Shown: piece after piece, positions 27,670 through 38,727 of the stretch
Position numbering within the stretch: the stretch's first letter is position 1
Layout of the letters: each line of letters begins with the position of its first letter
Virus record (IMG/VR): IMGVR_UViG_3300033148_006306
Coordinates: 1-52,786 of that record
Origin: a virus
Lineage: Duplodnaviria > Caudoviricetes
Reading direction: 5' to 3' (one strand)
Length of the DNA: 52,786 nucleotides
Notes under the pieces: generated by a model
Database searches by the model: none
Told to the model about the DNA's origin: nothing
The model's input: only the letters and a program-made list of their open reading frames with translations
Made by a program: the position numbers and the translations under genes

Positions 27670-30600
27670 TCACATTTAATAATATACTAAACCCACTTCA
27701 AAGAAAAACCCAAGAGATAGAAGCTTCTACATCAAAAGAACTTCTAGCAACAATGGACATAAACAGAAACGAATATGAAGTAATAGTAGCTAGAAACCAA
27801 GACATAATAACGGAAGACTTTGACATCATAGAAGGTGACATAATCTCAGTCTCGATTATCCCTCTTGGTGGAGGCGGTGGAAAAGACATCATAAAAACCG
27901 TAGCGATGATAGCACTAGTTGTAGCTGCACCAGGACTAGGCACAGCACTTGGTGGTATGATGGCTGGAGGATTTGCCGGTTTCACAGGTGTTTACGCGGC
28001 AATAGGCACAGCACTTGTATATACAGCAGGCTCAATGCTAATAAACTCAATACTTCCAGCACAAACACCAAGTCTCGGAATGGACACTCTCGATAATATA
28101 AAATCAAGTCCTACATACTCTTGGAATGTACTAGGAAATTCTATAGAGCAAGGCAATCCTGTTCCTGTACTATATGGAAGACACAGAGTAACACCACCAC
28201 TTATAAGTAGATATGTAGAAACAAAAGATAATCTTCAATACTTAAACCTTTTATATGCTGTAGCAGATGGCGAAACCACAATAGAAACAAGCACTATAAA
28301 AATAAACGATGAAACAATAGCAAATTTTAAAGATGTGGAAATCTACACAAGACCAGGAACAAACGACCAATCAATAATCGGAATTTTTGATGATGTAATT
28401 TCAGACAACCAAGTAAATAAAACCATTTCAACCGACTGGACATACTCAACAACAGTAGGAAATAGTGTAAGTGGAATTGCAGTAGGAATAGTAGCACCAA
28501 GAGGAATATGGTACGCAAGTGATGACGGAAAAATAAAAAACTACTCGGTGGAAGTGGAAATAGAATATTACTATGACTCTCAATGGCTACCAATGACTTC
28601 TTCAGCAGCAACCGCAGTTTCAGAAGATATAAAATACTATTGGGTAAAAGTATCAAGTATAAAATATAACGCTTTCAGTTCATATGAAACTGCGTATAAT
28701 AGTTACTTCTATGGAATAGAAACAGGAATAGTAACAACAGCCTCATCTCTTCCGTCTAATTGTGAAAAAGTATCTGACGGCATTTACGCAGAACACTATG
28801 TATATGAAACAATAGTATCTCACGCAACAATAACAAGTAATAAACAATCAACTTTAAGATATACATATAAAGTAACAGGTCTTCCACAAGGAAACTATCA
28901 AACAAGAGTAAGATTTAAAACAGCACCAGCAGAAGGAAGCAGATATGGAAGCAGTTTAGTCTACGAATACTTGCAAGAAGTAGTAACAGACGACTTCACA
29001 TATCCAAATACTGCTCTTTTGGGACTAAGAATTTTAGCAACAGATCAACTTGGTGGGAGTATGCCAAGAGTTACAGTAGTAGCAGAAGATGTAATAAGCA
29101 ACCCATCAGAAGCAAACAGAGATATAATAGAAAAATATGACTACACGCTTTCAGCAGATGAAGAAGCAAAGTTTGACGAATGGGAAGAACACTGTACAGA
29201 TAAGAACTATACATGTAACATCTACTTCGACAGCATCTACACAGTAAGAAAAGCACTTGATATGGTTGGACTGCTAGGAAGAGGTAACGCTATACAACTT
29301 GGAAGCAAATGGACTACCATAATCGACAGAGCAGACGAGACACCAGTACAAGGTTTTCTCTTTACAATGGGAAATATAGAAAAAAATAGCTTTACAGAAC
29401 AATTCCTACCACTACAAGACAGAGCAAACCAAATAGACATAACTTACTATGACGAAACAGTAGACTATGAGCCACAAATACTTCAAGTCTCAAACACTAA
29501 AGCAGCTAACTCAAACACAATAAAAAAATCAAGCATAAACTATGTAGGCTGTACTAATAGAGAAATGGCTCTAGCATACGCTAAATTTTTACTAAACTGC
29601 GGAAGACTACTAACCATAACTCAATCATTCACAATCCCAACAGAAGCAATAAACTGTAGAATAGGAGATATAGTAAAAGTAGCACACGATATACCAGGAA
29701 TAGGACTAGGAAGTGGAAGAATAATCTCCGCAACAGTTTTTGGAATGGTACTTGATAGAGAAATATTACTAGAAGCAGAAAAAAGATACTATGTGCAACT
29801 AAGATATGACGATACTGATGAAATAATCCAAGCTGAGATAATAAACTCTGAAACAGAAACAGATACTTTCTTCTTTACAGACACTTTAGATAAATCACCA
29901 GAAAAGTATAACGTATATAGCTTTGGAGAAACAAATAAAATATCTAAAAAAATGAGAGTTGTAAACATCTCAACCTCTCCAAACCAAAAAGCAAAAATCA
30001 CAGCAATAGAATATGTAGAAGATGTTTACAATGATGTAGAGCAAATAATACCACACACCGAAACAGACCTACATCTAAAAGGACTAAGCCTAAACGAAGC
30101 CATAACCTACGAGGGAACAAGCGTAATCTCAAGCGTAGAAGCAACTTGGAGAGGCGTATCATTACATTACAGCGTTTATGTAAATGATGTCTTTTATCAA
30201 AAAGTTTTCACAGATAAGATAAACATACCAAATCTTTTAGCACCGGAAACATACACAATTAAAGTAGTAGATTCCTTCGGTGATGAGGTCACAAGTCAAA
30301 TCTCACTTCTAGGAAGATTCGCACCACCTGAACCACCAACAGACTTCACAGCAATCCAAAATGATAACATAGTAAGGTTTAGTTGGACAAAATCAATCTC
30401 ACTAGATACAGAAAAATATGAAATAAGAAGCGGTGTAACTTGGGAAACAGGCTTTTATGTGGGAACAGTAGGAAATGTAGATACCTTTGAGTGGTTCCCT
30501 GATATGAATGAGACTTATAGGTTTTGGATAAAAGCACTTGACTACTCAAATGTTTACAGTGAAACAGCACAAGAAGTACAACTTACAGTAGTAAATATAG

Positions 30601-31358
30601 AAGATACCCTCAATGTAGTAATAAATGAAGACTTTGGAAGTGATACAGTAGAGCCTTGTGGAACAACGGTAGGTCTGGTTTTTGTAGTGGGAGTAGGATA
30701 TATACCTATAAAAACCGCAACATTTGGAGATATACCGTCTTTAACTTTTGCAGACATTAGTGATGAGACTTTCGGCGGAGAAGTAAGTTTTGAAACATGT
30801 GTCTTAGACACAACCAAAATAGGACTAACAAAAATAAGACTATATAGTGCTTATACAGCAACATCAACAGGCACAACTTTCGGTGACTTCCCAAGCAGAA
30901 CTTTCGGTGACTTCCCTTTTGATACATTTAATAGTATTACAATCCCTACAACATTCAAAATGTACTACTCCATAAGTGACGATGATACAACTTACTCAGA
31001 CTTTATAGAATACACAGGAATAATAGATGAGTCATTTAGATATATAAAGTTTAAATATGAATTTTTAGATGATTTAATAGGAGTGGATATAATAATAAAT
31101 GAATTTAAAGCCATTTTGGATGTTCCTGACATAGAATATGATATAATTGACAAAACAATCGTAAATAGTGAAGCCATTGTCTTTGCAGATTTAGGCTTAG
31201 AATTTTATGAAGCTCCAAGAATTTTAGTAACAAATAAAGGAAGCACAGTGATACATGACATCACGAGTCTTACTAAAACTGGGTTTACGATAAGCCTCTA
31301 CGACACAACACCTACTCTCACTACTGGAGTAGTAGACATCAACATAAAAGGGTACTAA
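27657..31358 (+). CDS. Tail tip / host specificity protein (gpI-gpJ-like fusion)
   Basis: 1233 aa; GGGGG, PVPVLYG, YPNTALLGL, GDIVKV, FN3-like repeats. Confidence 0.88.
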   Translation: MAGVVTFNNILNPLQRKTQEIEASTSKELLATMDINRNEYEVIVARNQDIITEDFDIIEGDIISVSIIPLGGGGGKDIIKTVAMIALVVAAPGLGTALGGMMAGGFAGFTGVYAAIGTALVYTAGSMLINSILPAQTPSLGMDTLDNIKSSPTYSWNVLGNSIEQGNPVPVLYGRHRVTPPLISRYVETKDNLQYLNLLYAVADGETTIETSTIKINDETIANFKDVEIYTRPGTNDQSIIGIFDDVISDNQVNKTISTDWTYSTTVGNSVSGIAVGIVAPRGIWYASDDGKIKNYSVEVEIEYYYDSQWLPMTSSAATAVSEDIKYYWVKVSSIKYNAFSSYETAYNSYFYGIETGIVTTASSLPSNCEKVSDGIYAEHYVYETIVSHATITSNKQSTLRYTYKVTGLPQGNYQTRVRFKTAPAEGSRYGSSLVYEYLQEVVTDDFTYPNTALLGLRILATDQLGGSMPRVTVVAEDVISNPSEANRDIIEKYDYTLSADEEAKFDEWEEHCTDKNYTCNIYFDSIYTVRKALDMVGLLGRGNAIQLGSKWTTIIDRADETPVQGFLFTMGNIEKNSFTEQFLPLQDRANQIDITYYDETVDYEPQILQVSNTKAANSNTIKKSSINYVGCTNREMALAYAKFLLNCGRLLTITQSFTIPTEAINCRIGDIVKVAHDIPGIGLGSGRIISATVFGMVLDREILLEAEKRYYVQLRYDDTDEIIQAEIINSETETDTFFFTDTLDKSPEKYNVYSFGETNKISKKMRVVNISTSPNQKAKITAIEYVEDVYNDVEQIIPHTETDLHLKGLSLNEAITYEGTSVISSVEATWRGVSLHYSVYVNDVFYQKVFTDKINIPNLLAPETYTIKVVDSFGDEVTSQISLLGRFAPPEPPTDFTAIQNDNIVRFSWTKSISLDTEKYEIRSGVTWETGFYVGTVGNVDTFEWFPDMNETYRFWIKALDYSNVYSETAQEVQLTVVNIEDTLNVVINEDFGSDTVEPCGTTVGLVFVVGVGYIPIKTATFGDIPSLTFADISDETFGGEVSFETCVLDTTKIGLTKIRLYSAYTATSTGTTFGDFPSRTFGDFPFDTFNSITIPTTFKMYYSISDDDTTYSDFIEYTGIIDESFRYIKFKYEFLDDLIGVDIIINEFKAILDVPDIEYDIIDKTIVNSEAIVFADLGLEFYEAPRILVTNKGSTVIHDITSLTKTGFTISLYDTTPTLTTGVVDINIKGY

Positions 31359-33911
31359 ATGAGCCAAGGAATTATAATATATGACCAAAATACAGACTTT
31401 GGAACACTAGATGTAGACTTAAATACAAATTTCGCCACATTAAGAAGTCAATTTAGTGGAACGAGTTTTCCATCAAGTCCAACAACAGGGCAACCATGTT
31501 GGAGAACAGATAGAGGGCTAGATACTGTAGCAGGAAAGACAGGTAAACTTTACTTTTTCTCCGGTGATACAGACATAGGAGAAAGCGGTTGGATTTCTAA
31601 TGAAACAACAAGTACATACATCGTCGAAATAGAAAATGCAAGAGGTTCAAAAGATACACTAGACCAAAGATTAGATATATCCTTAAATGAAGATGGAACA
31701 CTAAAGTCATCAATAACTGCATATCAAAGTGAATGGGTACTTCCTTCATTAACTTTCACATACCTCTCAACCACAACCTTCAAAACAGATGGAAACACAG
31801 AAGACATCTACTTAGAAACAAGAAGACTGAAAGTAAATCTCACAGCTTCAAACTTTAAGACAGAGGTAGTAAGTGCTGTATATAGTGGCGGTGCAGATGA
31901 GACAACCGTAACAATCGCAAATGCTTCACTGGACAACACCCTAGTAAGTGTGGAACATGCAATAATTAGTCCTTATGTAGATGGTGGAAGCTTCCAACAA
32001 AATGCAGAACAAACACCAGTAGATGCAACAGGTTTTTCAGGAAACCTTAGTGGAACAGATACAGATGCACAAACAGCGTTAGAAACGATAGATGCTCTAG
32101 ACTTAACACCTGCAACAGACACCCCAATACTTACAGGAAATGCCACAGGAACACAAACAACAGACTTAATAGTTACTGTCACAAATTGGAACTCTGACCA
32201 AGTATTAACAATATCAGTAGAAGCAGGAAGTTATGTTGATAATGATGATGGAACAATAACTTGGACTCTCCCCACATATACAGGAGTTGATGATATTCAC
32301 AACATGAGTGTCCAAGCTACTGAACCATCTCATTTAATATCAGTAGCAGAAACTCACGAAGTAACAGTATTAGAAGGCTCTAGTGAAACAGACCAGACAA
32401 TCTTGTTTGAAAATACAACTATGACAGCAACAGAGTTCCCTGTTACTACAAATATTGATATTTCTGGGAGTACGCTATTAGCAAATGCTGATACAGCTAG
32501 TGCGACTTCATATAAAGTAGAGCAAGACGGTGGGGATAATGATTTTGTTAATGCAACACCAACGGTAGATAATATTGCTATTAACTACACAATAAGTGCA
32601 GGAGCAACTACGTCATCGGTAACTATTACAGGAGCAACTGATTTTGTAACAGGCGATATATTACTTATGAATAAAACAGAAACAGCAGTATTGTCTGAAG
32701 TAGATACTACCTCAATCACAACTGATAATGGTGGGGATAGCTACACGTTTGATATATCAGGACTATCTTTTACTAATGCTCCAAAAATAGTAAGTAAAGA
32801 TACAGCAACCATAACCACTTCAATAGTTGCAACCGGAGCAGGAGATGATTTTGAGGCAAGAACTATAGTTAGTCATACAGCAGATACTATTGGTGGTTCT
32901 TTAGCTAACACTGAGTTTGAAACAACACTAAGTACAACAACACCAACTATAACAACAGCAGTGCTTACATGGAGTAAGGATAGAAATAATGTTGAAAATC
33001 ATAGGTTATCGAATAGTGTAATAGGTCACACACTACATCAAAGAAGTGATACACAAGATACGGAATCAACTTGTGGAACAACACCATCAATAACCACAGA
33101 CGATATAACTTGGCACTTTGGAGATGATGCAGAAGCAACGCATACTGCCTCTAATACAGATGGTAGTATTACAAGTGAAACTAAAGCTGTAAGTTATTTT
33201 AGTGCTGTAAGTTATTTGAGTGATGGAACAACAAATGCAACAGTTGGTCATGGTATGGGTATAGTCCCAGAGTTATATACAGTAAAAAATAGAGAACAAT
33301 CTTTTTCTTGGTACACATATAGTGCAACGCTTGGAGCCAATAAGTTTTTAACGATTGATTCAACTTCCGCAGAAAACATTAATACAGCTACATGGAATAA
33401 TACAGCACCTACATCATCTGTGTTTAGTGTAGGCTCAAATGGTTCAAATGCAACAGCTATTGACGAGTATACTGCTTACTGTTTCGCATCAGTAGTAGGG
33501 GTTTGTATGGTAGGTGCAGTAACTATAGCAAGTGGTGTAATGAGTGGAGACACTGACTTAGGTTTTCCTTTAGGGTTTGGAGCGTTTAAGATAACAAACA
33601 CTACCGGAGACTGGGAAATAATAGGTAGTGAAACTACTGACTTTTTAGAGGCAAATACATCAAATACAGAAGCTACTAATGGAGCAGATAGAGTTACAGT
33701 TGCAGGGAACATAATTTCTAATAACGGTCTACCTGATGGTGATTATACCTTTGTGGCAATAGCTAAAGAAATTGATAATGCACCAACACTTATTACAGAT
33801 GTATTTGATACAGACACAAGAGTAGGAAGAGACTTTAAAATAGATGCAGATTTAGCAGATGATTTAGATGAAGTAACTAGAATATCAATCCCAATAGAAA
33901 AAGTAGTATAA
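31359..33911 (+). CDS. Tail fibre protein
   Basis: 850 aa Thr-rich; C-terminal VGHGMGIVPE...KNR...YTAYCFASV receptor-binding-type domain. Confidence 0.8.
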   Translation: MSQGIIIYDQNTDFGTLDVDLNTNFATLRSQFSGTSFPSSPTTGQPCWRTDRGLDTVAGKTGKLYFFSGDTDIGESGWISNETTSTYIVEIENARGSKDTLDQRLDISLNEDGTLKSSITAYQSEWVLPSLTFTYLSTTTFKTDGNTEDIYLETRRLKVNLTASNFKTEVVSAVYSGGADETTVTIANASLDNTLVSVEHAIISPYVDGGSFQQNAEQTPVDATGFSGNLSGTDTDAQTALETIDALDLTPATDTPILTGNATGTQTTDLIVTVTNWNSDQVLTISVEAGSYVDNDDGTITWTLPTYTGVDDIHNMSVQATEPSHLISVAETHEVTVLEGSSETDQTILFENTTMTATEFPVTTNIDISGSTLLANADTASATSYKVEQDGGDNDFVNATPTVDNIAINYTISAGATTSSVTITGATDFVTGDILLMNKTETAVLSEVDTTSITTDNGGDSYTFDISGLSFTNAPKIVSKDTATITTSIVATGAGDDFEARTIVSHTADTIGGSLANTEFETTLSTTTPTITTAVLTWSKDRNNVENHRLSNSVIGHTLHQRSDTQDTESTCGTTPSITTDDITWHFGDDAEATHTASNTDGSITSETKAVSYFSAVSYLSDGTTNATVGHGMGIVPELYTVKNREQSFSWYTYSATLGANKFLTIDSTSAENINTATWNNTAPTSSVFSVGSNGSNATAIDEYTAYCFASVVGVCMVGAVTIASGVMSGDTDLGFPLGFGAFKITNTTGDWEIIGSETTDFLEANTSNTEATNGADRVTVAGNIISNNGLPDGDYTFVAIAKEIDNAPTLITDVFDTDTRVGRDFKIDADLADDLDEVTRISIPIEKVV

Positions 33912-33921
33912 GGAGCATACG

Positions 33922-34260
33922 ATGGGTTTTAAAATAAAAAAAGTTAAAAAAGGTGCAATGTATAAAAATAGAAGAGTGTATGAAGAAGATGAACTAATAG
34001 ATGGAGATTGCGACAAAAAGAATTTATTAGTAAAAGCTATTGTAACTATCTCAACAGGAAAAAAGTTTTATGTAGACCCAGTAAGTAGAGCAGATATTGC
34101 AGATGCAATAAATATAGCAATAGATACAAACCAAACTTCAACAATATGGAAGTTGGCAGAGGCTATTGATGGAACAAAACTTGTGACGGTTTCACTTGAC
34201 GAACTTAAAGAAGCTAGGCTTTTAGGATTACAATATAAAGGCTCACTAGTAGGTGTATAA
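33922..34260 (+). CDS. Putative tail fibre assembly protein (DUF4376-like)
   Basis: Follows fibre; WKLA...VTVSLDELKEA. Confidence 0.55.
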   Translation: MGFKIKKVKKGAMYKNRRVYEEDELIDGDCDKKNLLVKAIVTISTGKKFYVDPVSRADIADAINIAIDTNQTSTIWKLAEAIDGTKLVTVSLDELKEARLLGLQYKGSLVGV

Positions 34261-34490
34261 TGAAGGACTGGTGCAGTTATTTTCCTGAATACATCTTTGG
34301 TCAATATATAGGAGATGCCTGTAGAGGACATGACGGAGATTGTTCAACATCAAGATTTTATAAAAATCTAGTAGAAGATTTAAAAGAACTCACATTTAAC
34401 CATGAACTAGCATTTATAATCGCTGTAGGTGGTGGAGCAGGATGTTGGTGGTTTCACACAAAACTAATGAAAAGAAGGTGGCAAGACTAA
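34260..34490 (+). CDS. Small phage protein (DWCSYFPE...C..HD)
   Basis: TAATG coupling. Confidence 0.6.
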   Translation: MKDWCSYFPEYIFGQYIGDACRGHDGDCSTSRFYKNLVEDLKELTFNHELAFIIAVGGGAGCWWFHTKLMKRRWQD

Positions 34491-35080
34491 TGAAAATAAG
34501 TAAATTAAAAGCAATAGTAATATTCATCCCAAGCTTCTTAGTGTGGCTTGTCAAAAAGTTCTGGACTTTAATCTTTTACCCATTACCATATCTAGCATAT
34601 GACTGGGTAATGGACTGTGTAACAAGAAAAGCATACACGAGACCAGAGAAGATATTTGCGAATCCAATAAAATGGTTTTTCTGGCTACACTACGATGACG
34701 ACCAACCACCTGAAGGAAGCAGAGAATTTGTGAAAGAAAATTACCCAAACGGTTTACAATCAAAATGGGATAGATTTGTCTGCTCATATAAGTGGACAGC
34801 AATCAGAAACGCTATGTATAATGTCAACTACAACTACTTAAGCAACACTTCACCGATAATACTTCACGAAAAAATCTTTGGCTATTATGCTTGGGATAGA
34901 AAGTTGAGATGCTCAAATGGAGATAATGGTTTCCAATTAGTTTTTTATAAGACAGCAAAAAACCAAAACAGATTTCTCTTCAGTATGGCAAAAAGACCAT
35001 TTGGGATGCCATTAACAATTTATATCGGATGGAACACAAACTTTAATGGCAGATTTACATTCGCAGGAAAATTTAAATAA
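34490..35080 (+). CDS. Putative membrane protein
   Basis: N-terminal hydrophobic segment; start moved to ATG 34490. Confidence 0.65.
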   Translation: MKISKLKAIVIFIPSFLVWLVKKFWTLIFYPLPYLAYDWVMDCVTRKAYTRPEKIFANPIKWFFWLHYDDDQPPEGSREFVKENYPNGLQSKWDRFVCSYKWTAIRNAMYNVNYNYLSNTSPIILHEKIFGYYAWDRKLRCSNGDNGFQLVFYKTAKNQNRFLFSMAKRPFGMPLTIYIGWNTNFNGRFTFAGKFK

Positions 35081-35130
35081 AAAATCTCAAATAGTGTGAT
35101 ATAATCATATATTAGAAAAAAAGGTTCAGA

Positions 35131-35532
35131 ATGAGTCAAGAAGTAGATAATGCCATAGCTATAAAAGAACTCACAACCATCGCAACACAAACAACAAAAG
35201 ATGTTGATAAAATAGTACTACACCTCGACAAATTAATCCCAGTTCACACTCAACTAGAATATCTCGTATCAGAAGTAGCGGAACTTAAGCAAGAAAACAA
35301 ACTCGGAATCAGCCCAAGCACTCTCAAGAGCATACTCGCCTGGGGTACATTAGTAATCATAGCTTTTGGAAGCTGGACAGAAATAAACCACAATACACTT
35401 AAAAATAATTTTGATAAACACGAAGCCACTCAAAAAGAAAGAGACAAAAACATAGACATAGACCTCAAAAAACAAGACTCACTACTAAGCAGAAACTTTG
35501 AACGAACAAAAGCATTAGAAAGATATAAATAG
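35131..35532 (+). CDS. Single-TM protein of the lysis cassette
   Basis: TGATATAAT promoter at ~35097-35105; coiled coil plus TM. Confidence 0.65.
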   Translation: MSQEVDNAIAIKELTTIATQTTKDVDKIVLHLDKLIPVHTQLEYLVSEVAELKQENKLGISPSTLKSILAWGTLVIIAFGSWTEINHNTLKNNFDKHEATQKERDKNIDIDLKKQDSLLSRNFERTKALERYK

Positions 35533-35541
35533 GAGAAGAAA

Positions 35542-36108
35542 ATGAAATTACTTGAAATATTAGGAAAAGTAGGAAGCTCTATAATTAAAGAAGTTGTACC
35601 GGGTGGTGGACTCATAATCGAAGCAGTAAATGCTTTCTTGCCAGATGATAAAAAGCTAGATTCTAAAGCAACAGGCTCAGATATAGGGAATGCAGTCGCA
35701 TCACTGCCACCAGAAGCACAAGCACAATTAATGGATAAACAGTTTGATATAGAAATCACTCAAATAAAAGAGTCTTACAACACCGTAAGAGCTATGTTAG
35801 AGAGTGATGCAAAAAATCCTCAAAGTACACGACCTAAGATTGCACTAGGCTCTTTTCAACTAGTAAGAATCGTTCTGTTGACAGTTGTAGCACTATGGGC
35901 TTACGGTGTTGCAAGTGCAGATAAAGAGCTAGTTAAGTCAGTGATGGATGGATGGGCTTTCATTGCTATCCTTATAGGTACACCAACGACAGTATTGCTT
36001 TCATATTTTGGGGTGCTTAAAGCAGAGCACAAACAAAGACTAAACGCTGCATCTGGAAATCAAGAAGTAGGGATAATTGGCTCTATCGCTAAACTGATTA
36101 GGAAATAA
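35542..36108 (+). CDS. Putative holin (GTA 3TM-holin-like)
   Basis: TRPKIA, two TM segments, SYFG; upstream of endolysin. Confidence 0.6.
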   Translation: MKLLEILGKVGSSIIKEVVPGGGLIIEAVNAFLPDDKKLDSKATGSDIGNAVASLPPEAQAQLMDKQFDIEITQIKESYNTVRAMLESDAKNPQSTRPKIALGSFQLVRIVLLTVVALWAYGVASADKELVKSVMDGWAFIAILIGTPTTVLLSYFGVLKAEHKQRLNAASGNQEVGIIGSIAKLIRK

Positions 36109-36118
36109 GAAAGGATAT

Positions 36119-36529
36119 ATGATGAAAAGCAAATCATTTAAAATTCATGAGTTTGTACCAAAACACATCTATGAGAAATTTGGCGAAAAAGCTTGGAGAT
36201 TTATAGATGCAGGACTTATCCATACTTTTGACACCATCAAAAAAAGATTCCCAAAAGGAAGCATAACAATCAACAACTACTTCTGGGGCGGTAAAAGAGA
36301 ATGGAGTGGTTTAAGAACACCAGTAAGCCCATATTATAGCGAAACCTCTATACATACTTTCGGTGGAGCAGGTGATGCAGTTTTTAGTGCATACGATACA
36401 GAAGAGATAAGACAAGATATAATAAATAATCCAGAACTATATCCATATGTAAAAGGAATAGAAATGGGGATAAGCTGGTTACATGTAGATACCAGAAATG
36501 AGGATGAATTGCAACTCTTTTATCCTTAA
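36119..36529 (+). CDS. Endolysin, peptidase M15 family
   Basis: SGLR, SIHTFGGAGD, WLHVD zinc ligands. Confidence 0.85.
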   Translation: MMKSKSFKIHEFVPKHIYEKFGEKAWRFIDAGLIHTFDTIKKRFPKGSITINNYFWGGKREWSGLRTPVSPYYSETSIHTFGGAGDAVFSAYDTEEIRQDIINNPELYPYVKGIEMGISWLHVDTRNEDELQLFYP

Positions 36530-36535
36530 ATAGAT

Positions 36536-37042
36536 TCATCTATCTTTTATATACTGTAAAATAACTCTCTCGTCATGAGATCCAACTTCTCTCACAATTT
36601 TAATTAGCCATCTGCTAATACGCCAAAACTCCCACATAGTAGAACTGATGGTATTTGACAAAACAGAAAACCATTTGTTTCTAAATAACCTATTACAAAA
36701 AAAGTCACTATAAACCGTAGAACTAACTTTACCACCAAGTGCAGCAATAAGCCTCGCAACAGCACTAGCGTTCCCATCAAAAAACTCAGACAACTCAAAA
36801 AAGTTCTCCTGAGCCTCTTCACGAACTCTACGAGCAAAAGCATCTCTGCGAATAAAATAGTTTTCATCAATCACAGCAGGAAAAACCTCTCTACTAAGAA
36901 CACCATCAGCAAACTCACGCTGATAGACATTCATAGTAGAAACACCATGTCTAAGACAAAACTCTTTAACGGTGATGAAATTGGCTGTCTTCACTACTAT
37001 CCCCAAATATATTGAGCCGAACATAAAATAATAATAAACCAA
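36536..37042 (-). CDS. Hypothetical DNA-binding protein
   Basis: FITVKEFCLRHGVSTMNVY HTH-like segment; true start probably downstream of 37042. Confidence 0.6.
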   Translation of the reverse strand: MVYYYFMFGSIYLGIVVKTANFITVKEFCLRHGVSTMNVYQREFADGVLSREVFPAVIDENYFIRRDAFARRVREEAQENFFELSEFFDGNASAVARLIAALGGKVSSTVYSDFFCNRLFRNKWFSVLSNTISSTMWEFWRISRWLIKIVREVGSHDERVILQYIKDR

Positions 37043-37154
37043 AAAACAAACACTGTTTCTCCGGAAAGCTTCCCAAAACTATTTCCATCCTTGACCATAA
37101 GCAATGTTCCTAATATTCCCCAAATACTTAATAGGAATAATCCCCACGCAATAA

Positions 37155-37451
37155 TCATCTTTCATCCATTATAATTTTTTCTAAAGCAGAGATAGCTTCT
37201 GAATATTTCTCATTATGAATTTTCCCAACAACAGAAATTAGAGGATTTATCTCCTCTTCAAGAGTAGTCACAAAAAGATTATGCTCAATTTTATGAACTA
37301 CATCAACTTTACCTTCAGCCATATTTGTTCCTATAGCACTATCTCTAACAGTCAAAGGCATAACTGTATGAATCTTTAGAGTAGGATTTCCTCTCTGAAA
37401 CTCTACAAACTCTTCATCATTTTTAAAAACATGTGTTTTAATAATCATCAT
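37155..37451 (-). CDS. Hypothetical protein
   Basis: GGGAG SD. Confidence 0.65.
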   Translation of the reverse strand: MMIIKTHVFKNDEEFVEFQRGNPTLKIHTVMPLTVRDSAIGTNMAEGKVDVVHKIEHNLFVTTLEEEINPLISVVGKIHNEKYSEAISALEKIIMDER

Positions 37452-37453
37452 AG

Positions 37454-37705
37454 CTATTTTCTCCCTAGTTTTTTAATATCACGAAATCTTTTCTTAGAAA
37501 TAATGCCCTTCGGCTTCTCTTTCACTTTACGAGCAAACTTAGCAAGTTTTGAATTATCATCTAAATCAACTTTTGTTTTATTTTCAATATGTTCAAAAGC
37601 TTCTTTATTTGCTTTGCCCTGTGGAACACGCTTCCAAAAATCATCATCTTTCTCAGCAGAAGTTAATTCATGTAACTCTTTTATTTCACCAGTATCTATG
37701 TTCAT
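37454..37705 (-). CDS. Hypothetical basic protein
   Basis: AAGGA SD, own promoter. Confidence 0.7.
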   Translation of the reverse strand: MNIDTGEIKELHELTSAEKDDDFWKRVPQGKANKEAFEHIENKTKVDLDDNSKLAKFARKVKEKPKGIISKKRFRDIKKLGRK

Positions 37706-37734
37706 CTTATTTCCTTTAAATTTTAAACATCACA

Positions 37735-37776
37735 ATTATAATACAACTAAAACCAAATAGCCTTGACATGTATCAA
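37735..37776 (-). promoter_or_regulatory. Promoter with FNR-type box at -41.5
   Basis: Box 37763-37776, 22 bp spacer, TATAAT 37735-37740. Confidence 0.7.
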
Positions 37777-37778
37777 GA

Positions 37779-38282
37779 TTAGAAGGGAATTTCCTCCTCT
37801 GAAATATCAATCTCAGGAACACTATCAGAACTAGGCATAGGCTTATTGTTATAATCCATACTCTGAGACTGTTGTTGATGTTTTTCATCATAACGCTTAT
37901 GACCATCATAGTTAGGACCACGAGTAGTTTCATCTCTAACAGGAGCATAACCACTATCAGACTTACTATCTAGCATCTGCATAGTCTCTACAACAACAGA
38001 GTGCTTAGAGCGTTTCTGTCCGTTTTGATCTACCCACTGGTCAAAGTTCAAACGACCTTCTACTAAAATCTTTGAGCCTTTACGAAGATACTGGTTTGCT
38101 ATCTCTGCACTACGAGCAAAAAAAGTAATGTCCACAAAACAAACTTCCTCTTTTTTCTCACCATTAGAAGTAAACTTTCTTGATGTAGCTATAGCAGTGT
38201 TTGCTATACCCATCCCACTCTGCGAATAACGCAACTCAATATCACGGGTTAAATTCCCAACTAAAATAATTTTGTTATACAT
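37779..38282 (-). CDS. ssb: Single-stranded DNA-binding protein
   Basis: NKIILVGNLTRDIELRY...KGSKILVEGRL; acidic EEIPF tail. Confidence 0.97.
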   Translation of the reverse strand: MYNKIILVGNLTRDIELRYSQSGMGIANTAIATSRKFTSNGEKKEEVCFVDITFFARSAEIANQYLRKGSKILVEGRLNFDQWVDQNGQKRSKHSVVVETMQMLDSKSDSGYAPVRDETTRGPNYDGHKRYDEKHQQQSQSMDYNNKPMPSSDSVPEIDISEEEIPF

Positions 38283-38415
38283 ATTTTTTCCCTTTTATAA
38301 TTTTCTTTATATTCATTCCAATTAACAACTAAACAAAACACAGCACCTACTCCGAATAGTGCCATATAACTGTAAATCATATCTTCTTTACTCCACTTCA
38401 TCGTTTATTCCTTTG

Positions 38416-38727
38416 TTATAAACATATCTTTTGTTGTCCGGTAGAACTTTCATTCTTTCTTGGATAGTCTTCAGAATGTATCCATAGCTTATGTGCTTTT
38501 TCTATTAATTCTTCGACAGTAAAGCTAACTACAAACTCCCATACGCCTTTACACTTAGGACACTCACAATCAACTTCAACACGAAATTCATTATCTGTAC
38601 CATCCCATTCATCTTCATTGTATGCAGAATATATCTCATCTCTTTGATATTCTGACAAATTCACTTGACAGTAAGGGCAACAATTATCCTTAATACGCTT
38701 GTGTGCTATCTCTCTCCAAAGCATCAC
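38416..38727 (-). CDS. Zinc-ribbon protein
   Basis: CPYC and CPKC. Confidence 0.65.
   Translation of the reverse strand: MMLWREIAHKRIKDNCCPYCQVNLSEYQRDEIYSAYNEDEWDGTDNEFRVEVDCECPKCKGVWEFVVSFTVEELIEKAHKLWIHSEDYPRKNESSTGQQKICL

Noticed and set aside
27657-33911. Diversity-generating retroelement or invertible tail fibre
   Set aside because: No reverse transcriptase or invertase, and no TR/VR-length repeat noticed
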